Source: Crocosphaera subtropica ATCC 51142
GTDB lineage: Bacteria > Cyanobacteriota > Cyanobacteriia > Cyanobacteriales > Microcystaceae
NCBI RefSeq assembly: GCF_000017845.1
Contig: NC_010546.1
Location: 2,910,001-2,942,000, forward strand
Reading direction: 5' to 3'
DNA length: 32,000 nucleotides
The notes under the pieces are model-generated. The model had not been told where the DNA came from and did not search any database. It saw only the letters and a program-made list of their open reading frames with translations. A program made the position numbers and the translations under genes. This document shows positions 8,473-17,520 of the stretch, one piece after another; the first letter of the stretch is position 1; each line of letters begins with the position of its first letter.

Positions 8473-9750
8473 TTGGGATACAAATTGATGAAACCAGCTA
8501 ATTTAGATGGATTCAAAACCTATACACAAGCTGTAAAAGAGGGAAAATATGATCTCTATGTTGGCAATTTATTCGGTAAGTATGATAATGTTCGTACCTA
8601 TTGGGAAGATCAACTAACTCGAATTGTTTTACGTCCTTATCTCTGGGAAATCGTTGAAAATTGTCGTTCCGAACAAAGAGGGGTGAAGATTGTTGATCTC
8701 GGTTGTGGTGCCGGCCAAGGTTACGATATCCTCACAAAAATTGACCGTCGGGATCTCGATTTAGGCTTACAACATAAACGAGTCTTACCTCCTGATGATT
8801 TGTCTCTATTTTTAGGGTTAGATATTAGTCAAGCTATGGTAGAAAAGGGACAAACCTTGTTTGCTGATCATCCCTATGTTCAATTTCAACAAGCAGACTT
8901 GAGTGAAGGTCTTGGAAATATAAAACAGACAGAATCACCCTTTGATTTATACTTTTCATCCTATGGTTCCTTATCCCATTTAGCACGAAAAGATTTGGTT
9001 AAGTTATTAGGGGATATTTGTCATCATGGTCAAGAGGGTAGTTACATCGTCATGGATTTAATTGGACGCTACTCCATTGAATGGCCTGATTTTTGGTATG
9101 CTCAATCGGAAGAAGAAAAAGTCCGTCAGTATAATATGGGTTATCTTTACTCCGATGAGGTACGTCAAACGGCCGACATTGAATCTTTTCCCATTCGTTT
9201 TTGGACGGGAGAAGAGGTCAGAGAATTAGCCCAAGAAATTACGGATCAGGTTGGGGTTGAACTTGAAGTCGTTAGATTAGTTGATCGTTCTATTTTAGTT
9301 GGCCGTCACACCGATACCAGATCGTTTAATCCAAAACTAAAACCCATTCGTCGCTGTATTAATTCCCTACATGAAGATTATTTGCGAACCAATTTAGATG
9401 AATTAATGTTAGATGCAAGTATTTTTCCTGACCATCCTTTTATTAGTCCTCTACTATACGAATTAATTAACTCTTGGAATATTTTAATTGAGTTTACACA
9501 ACATCGTCTGTCCCATAATTTTTCCTTACCTGAATTGAAAGGGTGGGATGAGTTTCCCAAACCGTTACAATTTGCGTTAATGACCATTGATCGAGTCATT
9601 GCCGATGTGGGTTGGATGTGGTACGGCGATCCTCGCGCTAATATCATCGAACCCCAGTTAGGATATGCTTTGAGAACCTTAGAATACGAGATGCAACGAG
9701 GTTGGGGTTGTGGTCATGGATTAATTGCTGTCTTAAAGATTAAGAAATAA
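8473..9750 (+). CDS. Class I SAM-dependent methyltransferase.
   Basis: Motif I is present (VDLGCGAGQG) with a downstream LDIS acidic loop. The substrate is unknown. The track start is TTG at 8473, and an in-frame ATG at 8488 (MKPAN) is an equally plausible start. Confidence 0.8.
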   Translation: MGYKLMKPANLDGFKTYTQAVKEGKYDLYVGNLFGKYDNVRTYWEDQLTRIVLRPYLWEIVENCRSEQRGVKIVDLGCGAGQGYDILTKIDRRDLDLGLQHKRVLPPDDLSLFLGLDISQAMVEKGQTLFADHPYVQFQQADLSEGLGNIKQTESPFDLYFSSYGSLSHLARKDLVKLLGDICHHGQEGSYIVMDLIGRYSIEWPDFWYAQSEEEKVRQYNMGYLYSDEVRQTADIESFPIRFWTGEEVRELAQEITDQVGVELEVVRLVDRSILVGRHTDTRSFNPKLKPIRRCINSLHEDYLRTNLDELMLDASIFPDHPFISPLLYELINSWNILIEFTQHRLSHNFSLPELKGWDEFPKPLQFALMTIDRVIADVGWMWYGDPRANIIEPQLGYALRTLEYEMQRGWGCGHGLIAVLKIKK

Positions 9751-9766
9751 CACTTTTCTTTTCATC

Positions 9767-9851
9767 TACCCTGTCAAGAAACAATCTGAATTAAAGCTTA
9801 AAAAAATCCATAGAGGACAAGGATTTTTTTAGTCTGGAAAGGGACAGGGTA
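9767..9851 (+). terminator. Nested palindromic element downstream of the methyltransferase gene, probably a terminator.
   Basis: The outer 9-bp stem pairs taccctgtc (9767-9775) with gacagggta (9843-9851). It encloses a 10-bp A/T-rich hairpin, aaaaaaatcc (9800-9809) with ggattttttt (9821-9830), which ends in a T-run. Confidence 0.4.
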
Positions 9852-9946
9852 AACTAATTGGTTGGACTCCCTGTGAAGCCACTATCCTCATGTCCATTCA
9901 ACAGAGGATGATTAATTTACAAAACATAAGCAGGAGACAAACATTA

Positions 9947-11098
9947 ATGCAAGATAAACATATGCTCATGATTCCAGGGCCAACCCCTGTCCCTGAAAGT
10001 GTTCTACTCGCCATGGCTAAACACCCTATTGGTCATCGCAGTGGGGATTTTAGCCAAATTATCGGGGAACTTACTGAAAACCTCAAATGGCTCCATCAAA
10101 CCCAAAATGATGTGCTGATGTTAACCGTCAGTGGAACTGGGGCGATGGAAGCAGGAATTATCAATTTCTTGAGTGCTGGCGATCGCGTTTTAGTGGGTAA
10201 TAACGGCAAATTTGGGGAGCGTTGGGGGAAAATTGCCCGTGCTTTCGGCTTAGAAGTAGAAGAAATCACCGCAGAATGGGGTAAACCCCTCGACCCCCAA
10301 GCCTTTAAAGCCAAATTGGAAGCAGATACCCAAAAAACCATCAAAGCGGTCATTATCACCCATTCAGAAACCTCTACAGGGGTTCTCAACGACCTCCAAA
10401 CCATTAATACCCATGTCAAAGCTCACCGAGAAGCTTTAATCATGGTGGATGCTGTGACCAGTTTGGGGGCTGTGAGTGTGCCGATTGATAAATGGGGACT
10501 AGATATGGTGGCCTCTGGCTCCCAAAAAGGCTATATGATTCCTCCCGGCTTAGGATTTGTGGCTGTTAGTCCTAAAGCTTGGAAAGCCTACGAAACCGCA
10601 ACCTTACCTAAGTTTTATTTAGATTTAGGTGCTTACAAAAAAGCAACGGATAAAAACAGTTCTCCCTTCACCCCTCCGATTAATCTCATGTACGGCTTAA
10701 AAGTAGCCTTAGACATGATGAAAGCCGAAGGCTTAGACGCTATGTTTACCCGTCATCAACGGTTAACCCAGGCCACCCGTGCTGCCATGAGAGGGTTAGG
10801 GTTGAGTTTATTTGCCCCAGACGAAGCCGCCAGTCATGCAGTAACGGCGGTGATGCCTTCTACTGTTGATGCTGAGGCCATTCGTTCCACGATGAGAAAA
10901 CAGTTTGATATTGCCTTGGCTGGAGGACAAGATCATCTTAAAGGCAAAATCTTCCGTATCGGCCATTTAGGATTTGTCAGCGAGCGAGACATTTTAACGG
11001 CGATCGCTGCTTTAGAAGCTACCCTACAACGTTTAGGGGATCAAGGAGCTAAATCTGGAGCGGGGATGGCTGCGGCTGCTAAAGTGCTAGGAAATTAA
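9947..11098 (+). CDS. Class V pyridoxal-phosphate aminotransferase (alanine-glyoxylate / serine-pyruvate aminotransferase type).
   Basis: The N-terminus MLMIPGPTPVPE and the PLP-lysine motif SGSQKG are present. The ORF opens at 9890, but the ATG at 9947 (MQDKHMLMIPGPTP) follows an aggag Shine-Dalgarno-like sequence and matches the usual N-terminus of this family. Confidence 0.88.
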   Translation: MQDKHMLMIPGPTPVPESVLLAMAKHPIGHRSGDFSQIIGELTENLKWLHQTQNDVLMLTVSGTGAMEAGIINFLSAGDRVLVGNNGKFGERWGKIARAFGLEVEEITAEWGKPLDPQAFKAKLEADTQKTIKAVIITHSETSTGVLNDLQTINTHVKAHREALIMVDAVTSLGAVSVPIDKWGLDMVASGSQKGYMIPPGLGFVAVSPKAWKAYETATLPKFYLDLGAYKKATDKNSSPFTPPINLMYGLKVALDMMKAEGLDAMFTRHQRLTQATRAAMRGLGLSLFAPDEAASHAVTAVMPSTVDAEAIRSTMRKQFDIALAGGQDHLKGKIFRIGHLGFVSERDILTAIAALEATLQRLGDQGAKSGAGMAAAAKVLGN

Positions 11099-11200
11099 CC
11101 GTTACAGAGAAGGGTTACAGGTTTAGGGATTACCTGTTTCCCTTTCCCTCAATCTAATACTAGATCCGCTTTAGACAGTATATGAGTCTTAGGAAATAAA

Positions 11201-12280
11201 TTAAGATTGACGACGAAGAAAAGACGGTAAATCTACCTTTTCCCTAGCAGCATCTTCCTTCCGATGACGATCAATACTGAAACTAAAAGGAACTGAACTA
11301 CTGACGAGTAAACTGTTAGAAGAAGTAGCCGTTTGACCTTGGGGGTTATGATTTTCCATTTCATTCGATTTCGTTTCTTCCTGGGTCACCTCTTGATTCT
11401 CAGCTATCGGTAGGGTTTGATCAGGGGTTAGGGAAAATAGCTCCTCTAACGTCTCATCGATGGCATTTGATGAACAATGATCGGACTCATCTGATGGGAC
11501 AGCAGAAGGGGTGAGACTAGGGGGGATCTTGGTTTCTAGGGAACTCGACCAAGGTTGGATAGAGACAACATTAGAAGCCGTTTGACGATCAATGGTAGAT
11601 TTAACTTCAGCAGAAGGAATTTTTTTAGCATGACTACTCAAGCAGTGGTCTAAAGCTGCTTTATATTGTAGGCTGTAGCGTTGTTGGCGTTGCAAGCGTT
11701 GCTGTAACTCGTTAATTTGCCGTTCCTTGAGGACTAGCTGGTGTTTATTTTGTAGGGTTTCTTCCTTGAGTAAAGCACATTCTCGCTCCAATTGAGCAAA
11801 AGCTGCTTGAGAGGCTTGTAATTGTTGTTGTAGTGCGTCTAGGTTCAGTTGCTGCTGTTGTAGCTGAGTTTGAGACGTTTGCAGTTGTTCAAGAAGATGA
11901 CTATTTTCTGCTTGGGTACTTTGAAGTTGGGCGGTTTGTTGGGACAATAAAGCGTTATGATGACGCGATCGCTCTTGATAGTCTTGCAGTTGTTGTCGTG
12001 ACTCTGCTAAGGCCTTTTCTAGAGTGACAATGGTATCAAGGAGTTCTCGGTTTTGTCCCCGTAATTTACGAGCCAGGTTAAACCAATCTTGAGTCAAAGG
12101 AATATCCTCTTCCTCAACAATGGAAATTTCTGTAATTTCTGATGATTCTTCGTTTTCATATTCGCCTAAGTCCATCACAATATCAGCATTAAGGGTTTCT
12201 CTCTTATTGGAGTAGTCGACATCCCCTAAGTGTGGCTCAAACTCAGGTTGAATCGGTTGATCAGAATGATAGTTACCCAT
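11201..12280 (-). CDS. Q-rich coiled-coil protein of unknown function.
   Basis: 359-aa ORF with an acidic N-terminus, a long heptad-like Q/L/E-rich core (LQQQQLNLDALQQQLQASQ...) and a basic C-terminus. I recognise no enzymatic motif. Confidence 0.7.
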   Translation of the reverse strand: MGNYHSDQPIQPEFEPHLGDVDYSNKRETLNADIVMDLGEYENEESSEITEISIVEEEDIPLTQDWFNLARKLRGQNRELLDTIVTLEKALAESRQQLQDYQERSRHHNALLSQQTAQLQSTQAENSHLLEQLQTSQTQLQQQQLNLDALQQQLQASQAAFAQLERECALLKEETLQNKHQLVLKERQINELQQRLQRQQRYSLQYKAALDHCLSSHAKKIPSAEVKSTIDRQTASNVVSIQPWSSSLETKIPPSLTPSAVPSDESDHCSSNAIDETLEELFSLTPDQTLPIAENQEVTQEETKSNEMENHNPQGQTATSSNSLLVSSSVPFSFSIDRHRKEDAAREKVDLPSFLRRQS

Positions 12281-12490
12281 AGGAATATAACTTAACTTTA
12301 GCTATAGTAATAAAGATGTTATTGATAGACATTTAGTTTCTTCACTATTCTCGGACACCATTCACATAGGCAGGGTTAAAGGGTGTTGGGAGTCTGAGAA
12401 CATGGGTTCGATGTCCCGTACTTATAGCAGTTTTCATTTGCATAGAATATCAACTTTCTAGCTTTGAGGTAGGAGTTAGATTTCTAGATT

Positions 12491-12541
12491 TTTCAATTAA
12501 AAATGGCTGTCAACCAGTTGTCCAATGGCTGGTTATGGCCA
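12491..12541 (-). terminator. Candidate rho-independent terminator of the Fur-family gene.
   Basis: On the minus strand the stem pairs aaccag (12512-12517) with ctggtt (12529-12534), with flanking tggc/gcca pairs. It is followed by tttttaattg, the reverse complement of 12491-12503. Confidence 0.45.
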
Positions 12542-12592
12542 AAACCCTAGTTAAATATTAATCAAAAGAATACAGCCAAAAACAGAGAATTC

Positions 12593-12973
12593 CTACTCTC
12601 CCCCATGACACAGATGACACAAGCCAAAAAATTCTAAGGTATGATAATAAACTTTGAATTGATGAGAAATTTCTAACTTTTTTTCTAAGTCATGAACCGG
12701 ACATTGATCGATGGGAAAAGACTGTCCACAGTTAACACAAGTCAAATGATGCTGATCTTGATGAACTAAACTATAAACAGCCTCACCGTTGGGTAACTGC
12801 CTGACTTGTACTTCACCATCTAGTTTTAATGCCTCCAAACTGCGATAAACTGTAGCTAGTCCTAAGCCTAAATCTCGGTTTTTCATTTCTATGTATAAAT
12901 CTTGGGCCGAAATAGGATGACTTAAAGATTTTAGGACATGAACAATGTTAGCCTGAGAACGAGTACGTTTCAT
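12593..12973 (-). CDS. Fur-family metalloregulator (Zur/FurB-like).
   Basis: 126 aa with a winged-helix N-terminus (ATVYRSLEAL), an HHLTCVNCG motif and a C-terminal CHLC motif, plus the YHTLEFFGLC motif. The subfamily assignment is tentative. Confidence 0.85.
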   Translation of the reverse strand: MKRTRSQANIVHVLKSLSHPISAQDLYIEMKNRDLGLGLATVYRSLEALKLDGEVQVRQLPNGEAVYSLVHQDQHHLTCVNCGQSFPIDQCPVHDLEKKLEISHQFKVYYHTLEFFGLCHLCHGGE

Positions 12974-13005
12974 AATTGAAAATATAGCTTAATCACTGAC
13001 CACCA

Positions 13006-13284
13006 ATGTCTCAAGAATACCATTGTCGCATTTATGTTACCCTCAGACCATCGGTTTTAGATCCGGCTGGAGTCGCCGTACAATCAGGACTCCATCAGCT
13101 AGGATACGAAGGAGTCGAAAAAGTGAGAATTGGTAAGTATATTGAGCTTACCATGATGGCACACGATAAAACCCATGCCGAAACGCAACTGGATGAAATG
13201 TGCGATCGCCTTCTGGCTAACCCCGTCATCGAAAATTATTGTTATGAAATCACCGCATTAGAAACCACTGGGAGTCCAAAATGA
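13006..13284 (+). CDS. purS: Phosphoribosylformylglycinamidine synthase subunit PurS.
   Basis: The 92-aa product has a typical PurS sequence (VTLRPSVLDPAGVAVQSGLHQLGYEGVEKVRIGKYIEL). Its stop overlaps the purQ start in ATGA. Confidence 0.9.
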   Translation: MSQEYHCRIYVTLRPSVLDPAGVAVQSGLHQLGYEGVEKVRIGKYIELTMMAHDKTHAETQLDEMCDRLLANPVIENYCYEITALETTGSPK

Positions 13285-13961
13285 AATTTGGTGTCATTGT
13301 TTTTCCCGGATCGAACTGCGATCGCGATCTTGCCACGGTTACAGAAGGGTTACTCCATCAACCCACCCGCATGATCTGGCATCAAGACACGGATATCAGT
13401 GATATTGATGTGATTGTTCTTCCAGGTGGGTTTAGTTATGGGGACTATCTACGTTGTGGGGCGATCGCCCGTTTTTCCTCTGTGATGCGATCGGTGATCG
13501 AACACGCCAACCAAGGTAAATTAGTGTTAGGGATCTGTAACGGGTTTCAAGTGTTAACGGAAGTGGGGTTATTACCAGGGGCGTTAATTCGTAACCGTGA
13601 TTTACATTTTATCTGCGATCGGGTTCCTGTGAGGGTAGAAAATAATCAATTACCTTGGACAAAAAAATATACGTCTCAACAAGTGATTACCTTACCCGTT
13701 GCTCACGGAGAGGGGCGTTATTATGGGGATGAAGATACGATTAAAGAGTTAGAAGATAATCATCAAATTGTCTTTCGTTACTGCAATTTATTGGGGGAAA
13801 TAACCGAAGATAGTAACCCTAATGGTTCCCTTTCTAATATTGCTGGAATTAGCAATAAACAGGGCAATATTTTAGGGATGATGCCTCATCCAGAAAGGGC
13901 TTCCGATCCTCTAATAAGGGCAACAGAAGGGCGTATTTTATTTGAAGGTTTGCTTGTTTGA
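13281..13961 (+). CDS. purQ: Phosphoribosylformylglycinamidine synthase I (glutamine amidotransferase subunit PurQ).
   Basis: Class I glutamine amidotransferase motifs are present: GICNGFQ (catalytic Cys) and MPHPER. The gene is translationally coupled to purS. Confidence 0.92.
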   Translation: MKFGVIVFPGSNCDRDLATVTEGLLHQPTRMIWHQDTDISDIDVIVLPGGFSYGDYLRCGAIARFSSVMRSVIEHANQGKLVLGICNGFQVLTEVGLLPGALIRNRDLHFICDRVPVRVENNQLPWTKKYTSQQVITLPVAHGEGRYYGDEDTIKELEDNHQIVFRYCNLLGEITEDSNPNGSLSNIAGISNKQGNILGMMPHPERASDPLIRATEGRILFEGLLV

Positions 13962-14017
13962 ACAATGGGAAAAATTAAAGATTACCAGGGGCTTAATAAT
14001 ATTAAGTCCGTCTTGGA

Positions 14018-14097
14018 GTCAAAAGAGAATGGAAACAATCAGTCAAACCAGTGAGATAATGGGCAACAGAACAGAAAAGATATTAATATTTAACTCA
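14018..14097 (+). repeat. Possible short copy C of the dispersed intergenic element.
   Basis: gtcaaaagagaatggaaaca (14018-14037) resembles the 5' block of copies A and B (tcaacgRaagagaatcta.ggaaaac), and a single taactca unit lies at 14091-14097. This match is weaker than the A/B pair. Confidence 0.3.
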
Positions 14098-14206
14098 TAT
14101 CTTGCACCTTTCATAATCCCCCACAGGGTTCATTTTGATGGTAACTACTTAAAAATTTATTTTCTGTCTTTTGTTGCTGAGTTTTCCTGTACTGGTACAA
14201 CCTGAG

Positions 14207-14308
14207 TTCAACGAAAGAGAATCTATGGAAAACTGACAACCAACAAGAAGTCTCAAACCCTGATTCCTTCGTTAAAGAAATTCTAACTCCGAACTCTTAA
14301 CTCACGTT
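14207..14308 (+). repeat. Copy B of the dispersed intergenic element (possible sRNA gene or MITE-like repeat).
   Basis: The 5' block is ttcaacgaaagagaatctatggaaaactga (14207-14236). The 3' block is taactcc gaactct taactca cgtt (14284-14308). An internal helix pairs aacgaa..aatc (14210-14223) with gatt..ttcgtt (14262-14273), leaving GGAAAAC in the loop. Confidence 0.6.
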
Positions 14309-14330
14309 GGTACAAGATGTCAGTTTAACC

Positions 14331-14362
14331 GAAAAATATGAGAGTGCAAAAAACACTCTCAT
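14331..14362 (-). terminator. Rho-independent terminator of gloA.
   Basis: A perfect 9-bp stem pairs atgagagtg (14338-14346) with cactctcat (14354-14362) around a 7-nt loop. On the minus strand it is followed by atttttc, and it lies 13 nt past the gloA stop. Confidence 0.75.
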
Positions 14363-14374
14363 CTGCTAATTCTA

Positions 14375-14806
14375 CTAGGAAGCTACCCCTGCGGTTTCTT
14401 TTTCTTGTTTCGCTGATCCTTGGGTTCCGAGTTGAATTAATTCAATTTTGTAGCCGTTGGGATCTTCCACAAAGGCAATAACCGTTGTACCGTGTTTCAT
14501 GGGGCCGGGTTCTCTGGTAACATTTCCCCCTTGTTGTTTAATTTTTTCACAGGTTTGGTAAATATCATCTACCCCTAGAGCAATGTGTCCATAAGCATTC
14601 CCTAAGTCGTAAGAATCTACCCCCCAATTATAAGTTAATTCAATAACTGCGGTGTCGGACTCGTCCCCATAACCCACAAAAGCAAGGGTAAATTCGCCTC
14701 CTGGATAATCTTTTTGACGAATGAGTTTCATTCCTAAAACATCACAGTAGAATTTTAAGGATTCTTCTAGGTTTTTAACCCGAAGCATGGTGTGTAAAAT
14801 ACGCAT
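14375..14806 (-). CDS. gloA: Lactoylglutathione lyase (glyoxalase I).
   Basis: The sequence [20 protein letters not shown]...ELTYNWG...[11 protein letters not shown]...GYKIELIQ is a typical Ni/Zn glyoxalase I. Confidence 0.9.
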   Translation of the reverse strand: MRILHTMLRVKNLEESLKFYCDVLGMKLIRQKDYPGGEFTLAFVGYGDESDTAVIELTYNWGVDSYDLGNAYGHIALGVDDIYQTCEKIKQQGGNVTREPGPMKHGTTVIAFVEDPNGYKIELIQLGTQGSAKQEKETAGVAS

Positions 14807-14821
14807 AATTTCTTAATTCAG

Positions 14822-16495
14822 TTAAACAACAATGTGATCATTTTGATCTTTATTGTTCATGTTATCATTTGTAAACCAAACTTTCTGTTGAGGGACAGGT
14901 AAGGGTAAACCTTGTTTATCAAATTCCACTTTGAGACGACGGCGAAATTCCCTAGACACATCCCATTGCTTAAGGGGTTTGGTTTTGATCCAAACTCGAA
15001 TAATTAACCCTCGTTGTTCAAAGTTATCAACCCCTAAAATTTCAGGTTTATCTACAATATGATGTCGCCATTGTCTATCTTTAGCCATTAGCTCTGCTAC
15101 ATCTTTAACAATATGTAAAACTTGATCAATATCAGCATCATAAGCAACAGGAATTAATAAATCTGCCCTTGACCAATTACTAGAATGATTGGCAACAATT
15201 TTAACTTCACTATTAGGAATGGTAATTAATCTGCCTTCTGGATCTCGCAGTTGCGTAATCCTTAAATTGATATTTTCTACTAATCCACCAAAATCCTGAA
15301 CTTGAATAACATCACCCACAGCATATTGATCTTCGAGGATAATAAAAAAGCCATTAATTGCGTCCCGAATTAGGTTTTGAGAAGCCAAAGAAACCCCAAC
15401 CCCTAAAATACCTAAACCGGCTAATAAAGGAGCCGTATTAACCCCAATTAATGATAAGCCAATTAGAAAACCTGAGCCTGTCAAAACAATCGTGACGACA
15501 CTACGAAACACTACGGTTACGGTGTTAATTCGTAGTTGAAGACGTTGATTTTCCTGAAAATCTAAGAGGTTACGAATCATTAAAACAGATGTAACCTTAG
15601 CAATTAAAGCATAACTTAAGCGGATTGTTAGATAAGTACCTACCCCAACAATTCCCAATCTGGCAGGAATTCTCAGCAATGAAACTAACCAAATTTGAGC
15701 AATTCTTGTGTAAGGAAAAAGTCCTATAATAATCAAACTTGAACCGATCCAAATACCAGCTTGAGCTAATTGTAACAGACGATATTGAACTTCTTTAATA
15801 TTCCAATGTTGACGATTAGTGAGCAACATGGACATGGGTTGATCGCTTCTTTCTTCTCCAATACTTTCTTGAGATGTTTTTAAGCGATTAATTTTGCGAA
15901 TGATTAGTTTATTAACAATGAAAGCACCGCCTAAAATACCAATAGCAATTAATCCTCTAGAAATTAAAGATTCTAATTTTCGCTCATTTTTAGCCTCTAT
16001 TAACCCTTCTCTTAATTGCTCGATGATATTATTAGCTTTTGTCTCGGCATCAATCCCTTCGTTTTGAAGATCGAGATTTCCAATAGTTAGTAATTGTATG
16101 GTTTCATCACCAACCGTAACATAAATTCTCGGATTTTCTTGTCCTCTTTGGGTAATTTCTAATTCGGGGTTTTCTTGGGAAAAATAAAGATTAGTGATTC
16201 TGTCTAAACGATTATTAATTGTCTCAACTCGCTCAGCAATTTTTGATTTTGGGTAGGTGATATTGAATAAACAAAGACCATCTAGACGAATACAAGTGGT
16301 GATATTTGCCTCTTGTGAATTTTGAGGAAGCCAGCTACTGGTATCCCTCAATTCGGGTAAAAATGGAATAATTTGGGGTTGTGCTTTTACGGGTAAGGTG
16401 CCTTGGAATAGGGTAATGAATAGTAGGGTACTGGTAAACAGTTTATGATTTAAAAGACGAGTGAGTGAGGATTTGTTGTTCACAAATTTAAGCAT
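14822..16495 (-). CDS. MscS-family mechanosensitive ion channel with an extended N-terminal domain.
   Basis: Several transmembrane segments are followed by the MscS beta-domain signature (FIILEDQYAVGDVIQV...GLVENINLRITQLRDPEGRLITIPNSEV). An N-terminal signal or anchor sequence is present. Confidence 0.88.
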   Translation of the reverse strand: MLKFVNNKSSLTRLLNHKLFTSTLLFITLFQGTLPVKAQPQIIPFLPELRDTSSWLPQNSQEANITTCIRLDGLCLFNITYPKSKIAERVETINNRLDRITNLYFSQENPELEITQRGQENPRIYVTVGDETIQLLTIGNLDLQNEGIDAETKANNIIEQLREGLIEAKNERKLESLISRGLIAIGILGGAFIVNKLIIRKINRLKTSQESIGEERSDQPMSMLLTNRQHWNIKEVQYRLLQLAQAGIWIGSSLIIIGLFPYTRIAQIWLVSLLRIPARLGIVGVGTYLTIRLSYALIAKVTSVLMIRNLLDFQENQRLQLRINTVTVVFRSVVTIVLTGSGFLIGLSLIGVNTAPLLAGLGILGVGVSLASQNLIRDAINGFFIILEDQYAVGDVIQVQDFGGLVENINLRITQLRDPEGRLITIPNSEVKIVANHSSNWSRADLLIPVAYDADIDQVLHIVKDVAELMAKDRQWRHHIVDKPEILGVDNFEQRGLIIRVWIKTKPLKQWDVSREFRRRLKVEFDKQGLPLPVPQQKVWFTNDNMNNKDQNDHIVV

Positions 16496-16633
16496 AAATC
16501 AAGATAAACGAAAAGAATTACTTCTTGGGTAATATTCCTATTTATAGAGTGGTTCAAGTCAATATAGACAGAGGTTGGCTATCTATATTATCGATTTTAG
16601 TATAACTTAACATTGAGATTTTGCAATTGACAA

Positions 16634-16681
16634 GGGTTGATAATATTTGATTATTTGTAACCAATAATACATTATCAACCC
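16634..16681 (-). terminator. An 11-bp perfect inverted repeat, likely the terminator of the upstream five-gene operon and/or an operator in the mscS-like promoter region.
   Basis: gggttgataat (16634-16644) pairs with attatcaaccc (16671-16681) around a 26-nt loop. It lies 30 nt past the stop of the MBL hydrolase gene. Confidence 0.45.
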
Positions 16682-16710
16682 ATTGAGAATTTCTAATTTT
16701 TTAGATCAGT

Positions 16711-17505
16711 TTATGCTTTTAAAGCTGGCTTATAATTTAGAACACGAATTAAGGTACCGTCTTGCGGTAAATCTTCAAATCTCAAGCGAAGTTTGTCATT
16801 ATTAACTTGCTTGACATTCATCTCTTTTACTAAGTCCAAAAAGTTACCCAGTGGCTCAATGTCACAGGTTTGTTCATCGGCCGCTGAAGTTCGATAATGG
16901 GTAGGTATCATTACTTTAGGACGTAACGTTTCCATTGCTTGTTTCCCTTCGACGGAATTATAGGCTTTTGGTCCCCCTCCGACGGGGATACAAGCCACAT
17001 CAGGACTACCTAATAAAATTTTTTGTTCTATATTAATTGGGGCGGCTGCACCTCCTAAATGGACGACACGGATACCCCCTTGAGTCCAACGCCAAGCCAC
17101 ATTGGTTCCAAAACGTTGACCCCCTTGGCGATCGTGATCAATACCAACCCCTTGAAGTCGGAAGCCGTTAATTTCATAAACTCCAGGTTCATATAATACT
17201 TTGGGGTTCCCTGGTAAGTTTTCGGCTGCCCCTTCGTCCCACATTTGACTACTAATGATCACTAAGTCAGCTTCGACTTTAGGTAACCGATAGCCCGCCG
17301 TACAGCCAATAGCACGGAATGGGTTGGCTAAAACTCTCATACCCCCTCCAGTAAATAAGAAGGCGGTATGACCTAAATATTGAATCAATAAAGAGTCTTT
17401 ACTTTGGGCTGAAACTGCTTGAAAACGAGAGCCTATGGAGATACCTGCGGTTGCTGCAGCACTAGCACCAGCATAACGGATGAATTGTCGCCGTTTCATT
17501 ATCAA
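16711..17505 (-). CDS. MBL-fold metallo-hydrolase (COG2220-like) with a twin-arginine (TAT) signal peptide.
   Basis: The N-terminus MKRRQFIRYAGASAAATAG is a TAT-type signal. The body resembles beta-lactamase-fold hydrolases (YLGHTAFLF...VMIPTHY). An alternative ATG start is at 17499. Confidence 0.75.
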   Translation of the reverse strand: MIMKRRQFIRYAGASAAATAGISIGSRFQAVSAQSKDSLLIQYLGHTAFLFTGGGMRVLANPFRAIGCTAGYRLPKVEADLVIISSQMWDEGAAENLPGNPKVLYEPGVYEINGFRLQGVGIDHDRQGGQRFGTNVAWRWTQGGIRVVHLGGAAAPINIEQKILLGSPDVACIPVGGGPKAYNSVEGKQAMETLRPKVMIPTHYRTSAADEQTCDIEPLGNFLDLVKEMNVKQVNNDKLRLRFEDLPQDGTLIRVLNYKPALKA

Positions 17506-17520
17506 TCTTAAAAATAAAAT

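Noticed and set aside
12402-12419. A tRNA-like T-arm sequence (atgggttcgatgtcccgt) in the spacer between the coiled-coil gene and the Fur-family gene.
   Set aside because: The loop would be 8 nt rather than 7. No complementary acceptor stem, D-arm or anticodon arm can be built from the flanks. At best it is a decayed fragment.
13942-14205. An 87-aa plus-strand ORF overlapping the purQ 3' end.
   Set aside because: It starts inside purQ, has odd composition and no recognisable motif. It covers a spacer that is better explained by repeat or sRNA-like elements.
16634-16681. A Fur/Zur box within the gggttgataat...attatcaaccc palindrome.
   Set aside because: The GATAAT and ATTATC half-sites are 26 nt apart rather than forming a 7-1-7 or 19-bp box. 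The internal sequence matches the Fur consensus poorly. A terminator or hairpin is the simpler reading.
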